Part shown: positions 8,143-18,854 of the stretch, in pieces | How positions within the stretch are numbered: the first letter of the stretch is position 1 | Layout of the letters: every line of letters starts with the position of its first letter | Origin: an uncultured Candidatus Binatia bacterium | GTDB taxonomy: Bacteria; Desulfobacterota; Binatia; Bin18 | Reading direction: 5' to 3' | Assembly (NCBI GenBank): GCA_965200965.1 | Contig: OZ241744.1 | Location: forward strand, 3,488,001-3,552,000 | Length of the DNA: 64,000 nucleotides | Position numbers and translations under genes: made by a program | The notes under the pieces: model-generated | What the model saw: the letters and a program-made list of their open reading frames with translations, nothing else | The model's database searches: none | Told to the model about the DNA's origin: nothing

Positions 8143-9906
8143 ATGACTGACACGCAGGAGAAGCCCCTGATCGGCACTATGGACGGGCTCTCAAAGTCTG
8201 GCAAGCCACAAGACTATTACGATGCCATCAAGCAGAAGTTCGCCGAGGAGCGGGACCTCCGGCTCGGCTACCGGCCCCAAGGCACCGCCCAATACACCTC
8301 GGACCTGAGCGGGAGCCTGGCCAAGTACGAAGTTGATCCCTACGGGGGCGAGATGACGCCCCGCGAGCCGATCACCGACACGGTCGAGTGTCTGTTCATC
8401 GGCGGTGGCTTCTCGGCCCTGCTGACCTCGGCCCGGCTGCGCGAATACGGCGTCGAGAGCATCCGTATTGTCGAGCGGGGGGCTGATGTGGGTGGCACAT
8501 GGTACTGGAACCGCTACCCGGGCGTGGCCTGCGATGTGATATCGTATGACTATCTGCCTCTGCTTGACGAGATGGATTATGTGCCCAAGGACCACTACGC
8601 CAAGGGTTCAGAGATATTGGCCCACTGTCAGGCCATCGCCCGGAAGTACGACTTGTACAAGCTGGCGGTGTTCCAGACCACTGTCACCTCTACCGTGTGG
8701 AACGAAATAGAAGATCTCTGGCACATTACGACCGACCGGGGCGACCACATGCAGGCGCGGTTTGTGATCTGTGCCAACGGTACCCTGTCCAAGCCCAAGC
8801 TCTCCAGGATCAAAGGCATGGAGGCCTTCCAGGGCTATTCCTTTCACACCTCGCGCTGGGACTACGCCTACACCAAGGATGACCTGTCGGGGCTGGCCGA
8901 CAAAGTCGTAGGCATCATTGGCACGGGCGCGACCGCGGTGCAGGCGATTCCAGGGCTGGGAGCGGCGGCCAAGGAGTTGTACGTCTTCCAGCGCACCCCG
9001 TCCTCAATCGACATACGGGACGACTGGCCGACCGACCCCAACTGGGCGCGCAAGCTCAAGCCGGGCTGGCAGGCCAGGCGCCGGGAGAAAGCGATGCGGG
9101 GACCCCAGCTCACTCCTGAGCAGAGGGCAGAGCGGGCCGCCATGTCGCGGGAGGAGAAGATCCGCCGCCAAGAGAGCGCCAACATTGACTACATGATGCG
9201 CATCCACCAGCGCATTGATAAGATTGTCAAGGACAGGACCACCGCGGAAGCACTCAAGCCCTGGTATATGTTCATGTGCAAGCGACCCTGCTTCCACAAC
9301 GAGTATCTGCCCACCTTCAATCGGCCCAATGTCCATCTAGTCGATACCCATGGCAAGGGCATCACCGAGCTCACAGCCCAGGGACCGGTCTTTGAGGGCA
9401 AACAGTACGCCCTTGACCTGCTCATCTACGCCACCGGCTTTGAGGTCCAGAAAACCGGCATCTACAACCAGATTCGGGGAGTGAACGGCCTCGACCTGAC
9501 CGACAAATACAGCACCGGCATCCGTACCCTGCTCGGCATCCACTCCGAGGGCTATCCTAACCTGTTCATCATGGGCGGCTACCAGGCGTCGTTTCAGTTC
9601 AACCTGACCGACATGCTCCAGTCCCAGGGCGACCACATCGCCGCTTGCATCGACTATGTACGCCGCCACCGCTATCGGTCCATTGACGTTGCCCCCGAGG
9701 CTGAAGAGTGGTGGGTGCAAGAGGTCATCAAGCACCGTGGCAAGACCACCCGCAACCAGGACTGCACCCCGGGCTATTACAACTTTGAGGGCGAGTTTCA
9801 GCGTCGCCAGGACGGCAACTACAACGGCGGTTTCCCCACATACGTCACCCACCTGAAAAGCGTGCTGGCCGCTATGAAAGAGAACTTTCTCTTTACCCGA
9901 CCATGA
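8143..9906 (+). CDS. Baeyer-Villiger monooxygenase (flavin-containing)
   Basis: GGTWYWNRYPG, FQGYSFHTSRW BVMO fingerprint, GTGATAVQ, ATGF. Confidence 0.92.
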   Translation: MTDTQEKPLIGTMDGLSKSGKPQDYYDAIKQKFAEERDLRLGYRPQGTAQYTSDLSGSLAKYEVDPYGGEMTPREPITDTVECLFIGGGFSALLTSARLREYGVESIRIVERGADVGGTWYWNRYPGVACDVISYDYLPLLDEMDYVPKDHYAKGSEILAHCQAIARKYDLYKLAVFQTTVTSTVWNEIEDLWHITTDRGDHMQARFVICANGTLSKPKLSRIKGMEAFQGYSFHTSRWDYAYTKDDLSGLADKVVGIIGTGATAVQAIPGLGAAAKELYVFQRTPSSIDIRDDWPTDPNWARKLKPGWQARRREKAMRGPQLTPEQRAERAAMSREEKIRRQESANIDYMMRIHQRIDKIVKDRTTAEALKPWYMFMCKRPCFHNEYLPTFNRPNVHLVDTHGKGITELTAQGPVFEGKQYALDLLIYATGFEVQKTGIYNQIRGVNGLDLTDKYSTGIRTLLGIHSEGYPNLFIMGGYQASFQFNLTDMLQSQGDHIAACIDYVRRHRYRSIDVAPEAEEWWVQEVIKHRGKTTRNQDCTPGYYNFEGEFQRRQDGNYNGGFPTYVTHLKSVLAAMKENFLFTRP

Positions 9907-10089
9907 TCAGCCGGGCCGGCCGGCGGCTCTCTCCCGCCTGCTGACCTCGTTCACTTCGTGGGCCGGATCGCATCAAACACGCAAAGGTCCGGAACCCATG
10001 TGCTGACTGAGCGTTCAGTTGCACACGGCTTGTCTCAGCGGCGGCATCCTGTTAGGCTACGGCCTTATTTTGATGCACAAGGAAGCGCC

Positions 10090-10959
10090 ATGCCAGGACA
10101 AGACCTCACTCCACAACAGATACACTATCAGGTCGAGAGTCAGGTGCGGCTGACCGCTGACGCCTGGGGGACGAGCGGTGCCCCGCCTGTTCTGCTGCTG
10201 CACGGCGGAGGACAGACCCGCTACGCCTGGGGCGGGACGGCCCGGACCCTGGCTAGGCAGGGCTGGTATGCGGTCTCAATCGACTTGCGCGGCCACGGCG
10301 ACAGCGACTGGGCCCCGGACGGCAATTACAACATTGACGCCTATGTGGCCGACCTGCACACAATCCTGGGCCATTTCAGCCAGCGTCCGGTGCTGATCGG
10401 GGCCTCGCTGGGTGGCATGACCTCACTGCTGACCGAGGGTGAGTCGTCCGAGCCGGTCAGTTCGGCGGTGGTGCTAGTGGATATCACGCCCCGAGTCGAG
10501 CAGGAGGGCGTTGACCGTATCCGGGCGTTTATGACCGGCCGGCCCAACGGCTTTGCCAACCTGGAGGAAGCGGCCGACTATGTGGCCGCCTATCTGCCCC
10601 ACCGGCCACGGCCCAAAAATCTGAGCGGCCTGGAAAAGAATCTGCGCAAAGGCGACGACGGCCGCTATCGCTGGCACTGGGACCCCCAGATGCTGAGCCC
10701 GGCCCGGCTGCGGCGTGACCCTGAGCGTATGCTGGCCGCGGCCCGCGCCCTGAGCGTGCCGACCCTGCTGGTGCGGGGAAAAATCAGCGATGTGGTCAGC
10801 CAAGAGACGGCCGATGAGTTTTGCCGGGCCGTTCCGCACGCCCAGTATGCGGATGTGTCGGGTGCTGGCCATATGGTGGCCGGAGATCAGAATGATACCT
10901 TTGGCGTCGCCGTGCTTGACTTCCTGGCCGGGGTCAAGGCGAATTGGGCCAAGAGCTAG
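10090..10959 (+). CDS. Alpha/beta hydrolase
   Basis: LHGGGQ, DLRGHGDS, GASLGG nucleophile elbow, AGHMV. Confidence 0.92.
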   Translation: MPGQDLTPQQIHYQVESQVRLTADAWGTSGAPPVLLLHGGGQTRYAWGGTARTLARQGWYAVSIDLRGHGDSDWAPDGNYNIDAYVADLHTILGHFSQRPVLIGASLGGMTSLLTEGESSEPVSSAVVLVDITPRVEQEGVDRIRAFMTGRPNGFANLEEAADYVAAYLPHRPRPKNLSGLEKNLRKGDDGRYRWHWDPQMLSPARLRRDPERMLAAARALSVPTLLVRGKISDVVSQETADEFCRAVPHAQYADVSGAGHMVAGDQNDTFGVAVLDFLAGVKANWAKS

Positions 10960-11001
10960 TGCGGGGAAGCTCAGGTGTGGCAAAGCCGAGGCTGACAGGG
11001 G

Positions 11002-11985
11002 CTAGTCCCGCAGGGCCTCAGCCACCCTGCGATAATCCTCCAGACGCGGCAGCAGCAGGGGCGCATCAACCCCAGCCGCCCGATAGGCGGCAATCCGCCC
11101 TTTGCAGGTGTCGGCCGGGCCGATGACATAGAATGCCTTGACCATCTCATCGCTGACCAGTTGGACTGCGGTTTCCTCGTCCCTGCTGCGGTAGGCCGTG
11201 CGCAGAGGAGCGAGAAGACCCGGGTCAAAGCCGCCTTTTTCGAGCAGAATCTCTCCAACAAAGGCTTCGTCCAAGAGACGCACCAGCCGCTTTTTCAGCG
11301 TCGGGTAAAGGCGGTGTGGCTCGTCAGTCAGGCGGACGACAAGCATACAGGTAATGTCAATCGCGGCCGGGTCACGGCCCGCGGCTCGCGCCGCGGCGCG
11401 GATCTCTTCGACCGCGTAGCTGACATAACTGGTTGGCACATAGGCGTTAAGCACAACCCCGTCGGCAATGGCACCGGCCAGGCGCAGGGCCTTGCGGCCG
11501 ATCGCGGCCAGATAGAGCGGCGTTTTCCGAATCGGGGCGGGCGAGAGCTTGGTATTGACCAAGCTGAACGGCCCGACCGTGGCGCTGACCCGCTGACCCG
11601 ACAGTAGGCGGCTCAGCAGGCTGACCGCGCCTTCCAGCACCGCCCCGGCTTGGCCGTAGGGAATGCCCATTTTGTCTTGAATGACGGCCGGCTCACTACG
11701 GCCGAGTCCCAGCACCAAGCGCCCGCCGCTGAGCCGGTCCAGGGTGGCCGCGGCCATAGCCAGCAAAGCCGGGTTGCGGGTATACGGGTTCACCACCCCA
11801 ACGCCAAGCTGGAGCGTCTGGGTCACGGCCGCCAGGTAGCCGAGCAGTGAAAAGGTTTCCTCGTGAAAATAGCGCTCAGTGACCCACAGCGAATCAAAGC
11901 CCGCCCCTTCGGCAATCCGGCCGTACTCGGCCAGATCAGGGCCACTTTCAATACCGTGATAGACAACTATGCCCAGTCGAGACAT
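11002..11985 (-). CDS. LLM-class flavin/F420-dependent oxidoreductase
   Basis: GFDSLWVTE, NPYTRNPALLAM, SGGRLVLGLG, AGAIADG. Confidence 0.9.
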   Translation of the reverse strand: MSRLGIVVYHGIESGPDLAEYGRIAEGAGFDSLWVTERYFHEETFSLLGYLAAVTQTLQLGVGVVNPYTRNPALLAMAAATLDRLSGGRLVLGLGRSEPAVIQDKMGIPYGQAGAVLEGAVSLLSRLLSGQRVSATVGPFSLVNTKLSPAPIRKTPLYLAAIGRKALRLAGAIADGVVLNAYVPTSYVSYAVEEIRAAARAAGRDPAAIDITCMLVVRLTDEPHRLYPTLKKRLVRLLDEAFVGEILLEKGGFDPGLLAPLRTAYRSRDEETAVQLVSDEMVKAFYVIGPADTCKGRIAAYRAAGVDAPLLLPRLEDYRRVAEALRD

Positions 11986-11999
11986 GTCTTGGCCCTTGG

Positions 12000-13031
12000 T
12001 CAGCTTTTTTCCGCCACAAACGCCCAATAGGTCGGAACCATGTCCGGGGTTTCCTGGCTGACCGTGAAGCCTGTCTGGCGCAGCATGGCGAGGATTTCGC
12101 TCCGGGTGTTGACGATATTCCCCCAGGTGACCTCAAACCACTGCTCCAGGATGCTCATGCTGAAATGCCGGTCTTGAATGTCGTGAGCGGTCTCCGGCGC
12201 GCAGCGGTCAATAATCAGCAGGCGGCCGCCGGGTGTGAGGGCTTGATGACAGCGGCGCAGAATCGTGGCTTTTGCCGTGTCTGGCAGCTCGTGAAAAACC
12301 TGGATCATGGTGATCAGGTCAACGCTTTGGTCAAAGTCCAGTCGCTCGCCACCGACCGGTTCAACCCGAACCCGCCGCTCCAAGCCCCGCTCCTGGAGAC
12401 CCTGGCGTGAGCTTTCTACAAAATAGGGCAGCGGCTCAATGCCGACGGCCCGACAGCGGGGGAAGGATTCGGCAAAGCTGGCCAGGACCGTCCCGCTGCC
12501 AGAGCCGATATCCACAACCGTGCCGCCCGCGCTCAGGCGCGCTTCAAGGCTGGGCAGCTTGCGGGCCGCGGCCAGCACAAGCGGGGCGCGGAGTGCCGAT
12601 ATACGCCCTTGGTGGGCGAAAAAGTCCTCGTCGTGGTCGTGAAAGGTCTTGGTCGCCCCGGTCCGAAAGGCGGCCGGGTAGCCCGGATAATCGCGGGCCA
12701 AGCTGGCGAGTATGTGGGCGGTCAGTAGCTCGGGCGCGTCATCGGCCAGCAGTTCGTCCATGAACGGGGCAAAGCTGTAGAAGGTTTCTCCTGTCTCGTC
12801 GCTTGCCCGCAGAATGCCGACCGTGCAGGCGGCTTTACACCACACCGCGGTGCGCCACGCGTCAAGGTTTTGGGCTGCGGCCAGCTCGGCCGCGGTTGCC
12901 CGCCCGCCCCGCTGCCGGAGGACCGAAAAATAGCCCAGCCGTCCGCCAACGTCGATGATGTGGGTAGCGTGTAAACCCAGCATCCAGCCGCGCAGGGTCC
13001 GGGCTTGTCCGTCTTTGGTGAGTTCTTTCAT
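12000..13031 (-). CDS. Class I SAM-dependent methyltransferase with N-terminal wHTH
   Basis: VVDIGSGSG, VFHEL, LTPGG. Confidence 0.88.
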   Translation of the reverse strand: MKELTKDGQARTLRGWMLGLHATHIIDVGGRLGYFSVLRQRGGRATAAELAAAQNLDAWRTAVWCKAACTVGILRASDETGETFYSFAPFMDELLADDAPELLTAHILASLARDYPGYPAAFRTGATKTFHDHDEDFFAHQGRISALRAPLVLAAARKLPSLEARLSAGGTVVDIGSGSGTVLASFAESFPRCRAVGIEPLPYFVESSRQGLQERGLERRVRVEPVGGERLDFDQSVDLITMIQVFHELPDTAKATILRRCHQALTPGGRLLIIDRCAPETAHDIQDRHFSMSILEQWFEVTWGNIVNTRSEILAMLRQTGFTVSQETPDMVPTYWAFVAEKS

Positions 13032-13170
13032 GGGGCTCTGCCGTGTGTTTGTGCAAGAGATCGCTGCTCAATCCAGGCCAGTTCAAGGTCATGCCCCCGC
13101 GTGCACAGCCCTAGCCTGTGCCATATCCTGCCTGGCGGCAAACGACAAGGGCTGAGACGCGCGCCGGCGC

Positions 13171-14439
13171 TCAGGCCGGCGGTTTTTTGACAAAAAAGAG
13201 TACGCCCAGGCCGATCAGGTTGAGGCCGGCGGCCAGCCCAAAGGCGGCCTCATACGAGCCGCTGGCGTCATACAGGTAGCCGGCGATAAAGGGGCCGAAG
13301 GCTGCGCTTGAGCCGGCCACGGCAAAGATGAAGCCGACAATCGCCCCGACCGACAGCCGACCGAAAAAATCGCCCACAATGGCCGGGAACAGGGTGGCCG
13401 CCCCGCCGTAGGCCAGACCAAACATGATCGCGCTGGGATAGACCAGGCTCAGGCCGCCACTCAGAGCAAAGCCGCTAAAGGCAAGGCCCTGCATGGCCAA
13501 GCTGGCCCCCAGGGTCGGCAGGCGTCCGAGCCGGTCAGAGACCGCCCCGCTCAGCAGCCGGCCGCTCAGACTGCCGACACCAATCGCGCTGACAATCGTG
13601 GCCGCGCGGAGTGGCGGCACGCCGAGGTCAATGGCAAACGGCACAATATGAACAAACGGCATGAAGACCACCAGCCAAGTCAGGGTAAAGACCACGGTCA
13701 ACAGCCAGAAAGCGACGGTCTTGCGGGCCTCGGCCAAGGTGTAGTCTTTGGCGGCGGCCGGTTGAGCCAAGTGTGGCGACAACCGCGGGGGAGGCCGGCC
13801 GTCAGGCACGAGACCCAGTTGTTCTGGGTCACGGACGATAAACACCGCGCACAGACCGATGATGAGCAGCCCGGCGCAGCCCAGCATCAGATAGGCCGGC
13901 CGCCAGCCACAGGCGGCAATGAGGGCCGCGGCCAGGGGCGGAAAGAGAAGGTTTCCGAGGCTGCCGCCACTGGTGGAGATGCTTAGCGCCAGCCCCCGCC
14001 GGCGTGTGAACCAGCGCACCACCGTGGAGTTGCAGGGCACAAAGGCAGCGCTCATGCCGGTGGCGGCAATAAGACCGAGGCTGACATACAAGTGCCACAA
14101 CTCCCGCGCCTGGCTGCTCAGCACAATGCCGCCGCCCAGCAGACAGCCGCCGGTACAGATGACTGCCCGTGGCCCCCAGCGGTCGGTCGCCCAACCGCTG
14201 GCCGCCCCCAGCGCGCTGTACAGAAACACATACAGGGCGTAGGGCAGGGACAGGCTGGCCCGGTCCCAGCCCGTCTCGGCCTCAATAGCCGGCATGAAGA
14301 CCCCGAAGGTAAACTGAATGCCATATGAGACAAACAGGACGGTAAAGGCCAGACCAAGGACAATCCAGCCGTAGAAGATGCGGGAGGTGGCGGCCGGCGG
14401 GGGAGCCAGCTCCCCCGCCGCCGCGGGAGGGGTTGTCAT
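13171..14439 (-). CDS. MFS transporter (OFA/MCT-like)
   Basis: FYGWIV, DRWGPR, DRLGR and about 12 TM segments; start chosen at ATG 14439. Confidence 0.9.
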   Translation of the reverse strand: MTTPPAAAGELAPPPAATSRIFYGWIVLGLAFTVLFVSYGIQFTFGVFMPAIEAETGWDRASLSLPYALYVFLYSALGAASGWATDRWGPRAVICTGGCLLGGGIVLSSQARELWHLYVSLGLIAATGMSAAFVPCNSTVVRWFTRRRGLALSISTSGGSLGNLLFPPLAAALIAACGWRPAYLMLGCAGLLIIGLCAVFIVRDPEQLGLVPDGRPPPRLSPHLAQPAAAKDYTLAEARKTVAFWLLTVVFTLTWLVVFMPFVHIVPFAIDLGVPPLRAATIVSAIGVGSLSGRLLSGAVSDRLGRLPTLGASLAMQGLAFSGFALSGGLSLVYPSAIMFGLAYGGAATLFPAIVGDFFGRLSVGAIVGFIFAVAGSSAAFGPFIAGYLYDASGSYEAAFGLAAGLNLIGLGVLFFVKKPPA

Positions 14440-14483
14440 CGCCGGCAGTATGGGGCCGGCGGGCGGATTGTCAAGGTGGTGGG

Positions 14484-14714
14484 CTAGTGGAATTTGCCTG
14501 CATACGCCTTGTGTGCGATCTCGGGCGGGAGGGGGTCGCCGTCGATTTCCTGGAGTTGCATCCATTCTTCCACGGCTGGGCATAATTCGGCGTACACCTT
14601 GGCCTTGTCCTGGCCATGTACTCCGCCGAGCATGACGCCGGGGGCGGTCCCGATGTAGCAGTGGTCCTCGTCGGACCATGCGACAATTTTCAGGTAACGG
14701 TCACTCTTTTTCAT
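14484..14714 (-). pseudogene. HicB-like antitoxin, truncated
   Basis: IVAWSDEDHCYIG..PG...GVHG...PLP...YAGKF; stops before the DNA-binding domain, no hicA nearby. Confidence 0.65.
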
Positions 14715-14875
14715 GGCGAATTCCGTCTATTGCTTGCTTCGCAGCGGGAAAGTTCCCCGGCGGGTGGCTCTTCGGGGTAGGCAGTTCTCAAGGTGGCTGC
14801 GGGCCTCACGCCTTCCTGCTGCTTGGCAATGAGGCTGACTTGACAATGTGTTGCAGGTGTGGAGCATCTAGCTGC

Positions 14876-15079
14876 ATGAATACATCAGCCGTCTTCCACG
14901 CGCGTGTGGAGCCGCAGACCAGGGAGGAGGTCGAAGGGCCGATTCCGGTACCGATTCCGAACGCCTTGACCAAAGAGACGCTTGAGAAAAGCCGTGCCGG
15001 GCTGGAGGTGGAGACATTCGACAGTCTCGAAGAGATGTTTGAGAGTTGGGAGCCTGGAGGGCGGCCGGGCGAAGCGTAA
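14876..15079 (+). pseudogene. RelB/DinJ-like antitoxin with internal deletion
   Basis: N-terminus SAVFHARVEPQTREE joined directly to C-terminus IPNALTKETL...FDSLEEMF; the middle helices are missing. Confidence 0.65.
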
Positions 15080-15132
15080 GCTGACACCTTCACGCAACCT
15101 GATCTCGTTACTATGCTGAGTCATGGGCTGGG

Positions 15133-16776
15133 TCATGGCCGGAACAGCCGACCCTGCTTGCCGGTTGCTCGTTGATGCGCCGGCGCGGGCTTGAAGGTGA
15201 CATTGCCCTGTTGGGTGGGCCGGTCTACGCGCATGCCTGACAGCAGATCGGGGATGGTCAGGAGTTGGAGGCGCGGGTGGCGCGTGCCCCACGGCGATTC
15301 GTAGAAGCCAGCACTGGCCGCTTCTGCCCGCATGGGCTGGGTCGGGTCCTGGAGGGACAGCAGAACCCCGATTTCCGCTCCTTCCCGCTCAATGACGCCC
15401 CGCAGGTCGCGCACCTGCGGCACCGAAAGCCGGCCGGCCTTGACCGAGAAGATGATCTGCTTGGTTTTGGCCCCGGCCACATCATCATGAAAATACAGCC
15501 GGCCGTCAATGCCTTTGTCGGCCCCTTTCTTCTGCTCTACCGGGCGGGCACCGACCAAGCCGAGCGCCCACCACTGGAATTGAAACGGGTCATCTTTGCC
15601 GAGCGTCACGGCATCTGGCAGCGCTTCCGGCTCGCCGATGACCGCATAGCCTTGGGCGCTGTCTTCGCCAAAGGTGGTGTGCAGGCGATGCTTGATGAGG
15701 CCAATGGCTAAGTGGGTGATGTCAATGCCGATCCAGTGCCGGCCTAGCTTCTGGGCGGTGGCGATAGCCGTGCCACAGCCACAGAAGGGGTCTAAGACGA
15801 CATCGCCCTCGTTACTGCTGGCCCTGATGATGCGCTCGAGCAAGCGTTCCGGCTTCTGGGTCGGGTAGCCCAAGCGCTCCGCCGATCTGTTCGAGATTCT
15901 TGGAACATCGATCCAGATATTTTGCAGGGGCTTGCCCTCGGCTTCGTCAAGATAGACTTTCAGGCCGCCCGTTCGGGGTGTGCCGTCCCGCTTTGTCTGT
16001 ATTCTACCCTCCGCCCACCAGTGTTCCAGTTGCTCTTTTTTGTAGCCCCAGCCGCGCGTTGGACCGGGCAGCGTCCCGCGCCATGCAAACTTGCCTGATG
16101 CGCTGTCCGGCCGCGGCGCGGTCAGGTTCTCCAGCTTGTAGCGCCGGCCGTCTTTGTCTACATGCCGAAAATGCTTCATCTGCTCTGGGCTGTATTTCTG
16201 GCCGCCGGCATAGGTATGAAAGCCCCGGTTCCAGGTCGCTTCTTCGGACTTCACATAGAACAGCAGGATGTCGGCCACATTGCCGTACCGCCGGGCCGTA
16301 TTGTGGCTCTCTGTCCGCTGCCAGGTGATTTCATTGCGGAAATGTGTCGGGCCGAAGACAGCATCAAGCAGAATCTTGAGATAATGCGAGGCGGTCGGGT
16401 CGCAGTGCAGGTAGAGGCTGCCGTGGGCTTTGAGCGTCCGGCGGAGTTCAACTAAGCGCGGGGCCATCATGGCCAGATAGGCCAGCATATCGTTCGCGCC
16501 CAGAAAGCCCCGGAAGGCTTGCAAGACCTGCGATACGCGCCCGCCGGCCTCAACTGTTTCCTCGTAGACCCGGGCCGCGGCAGCGTCCCACTGCCACATG
16601 TCGCCGAAGGCTTTGATCTGGGCCGCGGCCCGGGAGCCGTCCTGTTCGGCAAACAGTACATTATAGTCCCGGTCACTCTTGAAGGGCGGGTCGAGGTAGA
16701 CGAGATCGACGGTCTCGTCATCGATGTAGGAACGGAGGATTTCGAGGTTATCGCCGTAGTAGAGATGATTGGTCAT
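15133..16776 (-). CDS. Amino-methyltransferase (N6A/N4C) fused to a C-terminal Mrr-like restriction endonuclease domain
   Basis: YLDPPF, YPTQKP, LDPFCGCGT; C-terminal GADKGIDG...SVKAG. Confidence 0.9.
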   Translation of the reverse strand: MTNHLYYGDNLEILRSYIDDETVDLVYLDPPFKSDRDYNVLFAEQDGSRAAAQIKAFGDMWQWDAAAARVYEETVEAGGRVSQVLQAFRGFLGANDMLAYLAMMAPRLVELRRTLKAHGSLYLHCDPTASHYLKILLDAVFGPTHFRNEITWQRTESHNTARRYGNVADILLFYVKSEEATWNRGFHTYAGGQKYSPEQMKHFRHVDKDGRRYKLENLTAPRPDSASGKFAWRGTLPGPTRGWGYKKEQLEHWWAEGRIQTKRDGTPRTGGLKVYLDEAEGKPLQNIWIDVPRISNRSAERLGYPTQKPERLLERIIRASSNEGDVVLDPFCGCGTAIATAQKLGRHWIGIDITHLAIGLIKHRLHTTFGEDSAQGYAVIGEPEALPDAVTLGKDDPFQFQWWALGLVGARPVEQKKGADKGIDGRLYFHDDVAGAKTKQIIFSVKAGRLSVPQVRDLRGVIEREGAEIGVLLSLQDPTQPMRAEAASAGFYESPWGTRHPRLQLLTIPDLLSGMRVDRPTQQGNVTFKPAPAHQRATGKQGRLFRP

Positions 16777-16835
16777 GCGTGTCTTCCCGTGGCTCGGTCC
16801 CTGCCATTATGCACAGGTGCGGAGGTGGCCCATTC

Positions 16836-18851
16836 TCACTTGGTGCGCTTGGCCGCGGCGGCCTTCTGACGCGTTCGCCTTGGGGCTGGGCTTTTGACGC
16901 TGCCGGTCTGGCGTGTGTCATAGCCGTCAAGGCGTTCAAGAGCCTGTTTGAAGCCGTCGGAACGAATCACCCCGATCAGTTTTTGGCCGGTGTCGCTCTT
17001 GAAGAAGTCTGTGAGAAAAATGAGGTCATAGTCTTCGCGTTCGACTGGGATGAAGTCGAGGCCGAGGGCTTTGGCCGCGGACTTGACCCCTAGCCCGGTG
17101 TCGGCCAGCCGGCTGGCTACGGCTACGGCCACCGCCATGTGGGTCACTGCTTCGTGCTCGTAGCCCTGAATGGCGTTTGGCTTGATGCCAAGTCTGGCCA
17201 GTTTGTAGTCAAGCAAAATCCGTGTGCCGGCCCCGGGCTGGCGGTTGACGAAGCTCAGCTCTTTGCGGGCCAAGTCCTTGATGCCGCGCAGCTTTTTTGG
17301 ATTGCCTTTGGGCACAATCAGGCCCTGCTCGCGGATCACCAGGTTCAGCACTACGACCTTGGACACCAGACCCTGCTTTTTGAGGTCGGGCAGGTTGTAG
17401 GTCCCGCTGGTCGGGTCGAGCAGGTGGCTGCCGATGATATGCGCTTCGCCGCGTTTCAGAGCTAGCAGGCCGCCCAGCGAGCCAACGCTGCTGGCCGAAA
17501 TTTTGAAGCCCGGATACTGCCCCCGCAGCTGATCGTCAAGCACGCCAATGCTGAGGTCATGGCTGCCGGTGAACAGAATAGTCCTGGCAATCTCCTCGGC
17601 CGGACGTAAAAGTTCGATCGGTACTTCCTGGCCGGCGTTCAGGCCTTCGTCAAGCGGGGGGATGCGCAGCACCCCGTCGGCCTTGACCATAGTTGTAATC
17701 ACCCCGGCCCCACGACCGAGCGGATTGGCAATCAGCCGCTCGCCAACCTGGCCCAGGCTGACCCGCACAAATTCTTCCAGACCCAGCCGTGAGGGGACCT
17801 TGCGCGGCAGAACGGCCCGCAGCGTGGGCGGCTCTTCGGCCACCCGACCCAGCAGGTGGGCTAACAGCGGGCGGAGAATCTGCTGACAGATGACCACCGC
17901 GGACACCGGGTAGCCGGGCAGACCAACCACCGGCTTCCCGTTCACAATGGCCAGGATGGCCGGTTTGCCGGGCATAACGTCGATGCCGTGGGCCAGGACC
18001 TCGCCGACCGACTCCAAGGCGCACAGGGTAAAATCGTGTTCACCGGCTGAGGAGCCGGCAATGATGATGGTGACATCGCCCTCTGCGGTCGATTTTTTGA
18101 GCGCGGCGATAATTGTGGCCAACTCATCCACGACCCGGGGCTGACGCTGCGGTGTGCCGCCCCACTCTTCGATAAACGCCCCGGCCACCCGCGAGTTAAA
18201 CTCGATAATTCGCCCCGGCTTGGCCGGCTCGCCCGGTTCAATCAGTTCTGAGCCAGTCGGAATGATGCCAACCCTGGGCCGGGCCAGGACCGGAAGCGTG
18301 GTGTGGCCGGCGGCTAACAGGGCACCGAGGTCATAGGGCCGCAGGGTGTGGCCGCGCGGCAACAGCGGCTCGGTGGCGACTATGTCCTCGCCGACCAGGC
18401 GGACGTGTTGCCAGGGCGTTGCGGCGTCCCTGATCTCCACCTCGGTCTCGCTCTTTTTGAACACCCGCTCGATCATGATGACCGCATTGGCCCAGGCCGG
18501 CAGCGGGCTGCCGGTGTCCACATACTGGAAGGGGCGGCTGTGGCTGGGCTTGAGCCGCCTGGCCTTGACCGCGGTCAGGCTGAGGGCCGAGAACTCACTC
18601 GCCCCAAAGGTATCCTCGGCGCGTACCGCAATGCCGTCCATAGCCGCCCCGTGGTAGTGGGGGGCGGACAGCCGGGCGAAGACAGGGCCGGCGGTGGTGC
18701 GGCCCAGGGCGTTTTCCACTGCTACCGTTTCTGCCCGCTGCAAGGGCGCAACAGTGTCGAGGAGGAGCGTCAGGGCTTCGCCCAGCGGTTTCTTTTGCAG
18801 ATAGCGCTTGCGTTCCGGGCTGCCTGACTGATGGGGCTGGTGCTGTGGCAT
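16836..18851 (-). CDS. moeA: Molybdopterin molybdotransferase MoeA fused to a PBP (molybdate-binding) domain
   Basis: AMDGIAV, PGKP, GLPGYPVS, GSHD, FVNRQPGAGTR. Confidence 0.92.
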   Translation of the reverse strand: MPQHQPHQSGSPERKRYLQKKPLGEALTLLLDTVAPLQRAETVAVENALGRTTAGPVFARLSAPHYHGAAMDGIAVRAEDTFGASEFSALSLTAVKARRLKPSHSRPFQYVDTGSPLPAWANAVIMIERVFKKSETEVEIRDAATPWQHVRLVGEDIVATEPLLPRGHTLRPYDLGALLAAGHTTLPVLARPRVGIIPTGSELIEPGEPAKPGRIIEFNSRVAGAFIEEWGGTPQRQPRVVDELATIIAALKKSTAEGDVTIIIAGSSAGEHDFTLCALESVGEVLAHGIDVMPGKPAILAIVNGKPVVGLPGYPVSAVVICQQILRPLLAHLLGRVAEEPPTLRAVLPRKVPSRLGLEEFVRVSLGQVGERLIANPLGRGAGVITTMVKADGVLRIPPLDEGLNAGQEVPIELLRPAEEIARTILFTGSHDLSIGVLDDQLRGQYPGFKISASSVGSLGGLLALKRGEAHIIGSHLLDPTSGTYNLPDLKKQGLVSKVVVLNLVIREQGLIVPKGNPKKLRGIKDLARKELSFVNRQPGAGTRILLDYKLARLGIKPNAIQGYEHEAVTHMAVAVAVASRLADTGLGVKSAAKALGLDFIPVEREDYDLIFLTDFFKSDTGQKLIGVIRSDGFKQALERLDGYDTRQTGSVKSPAPRRTRQKAAAAKRTK

Positions 18852-18854
18852 GGC

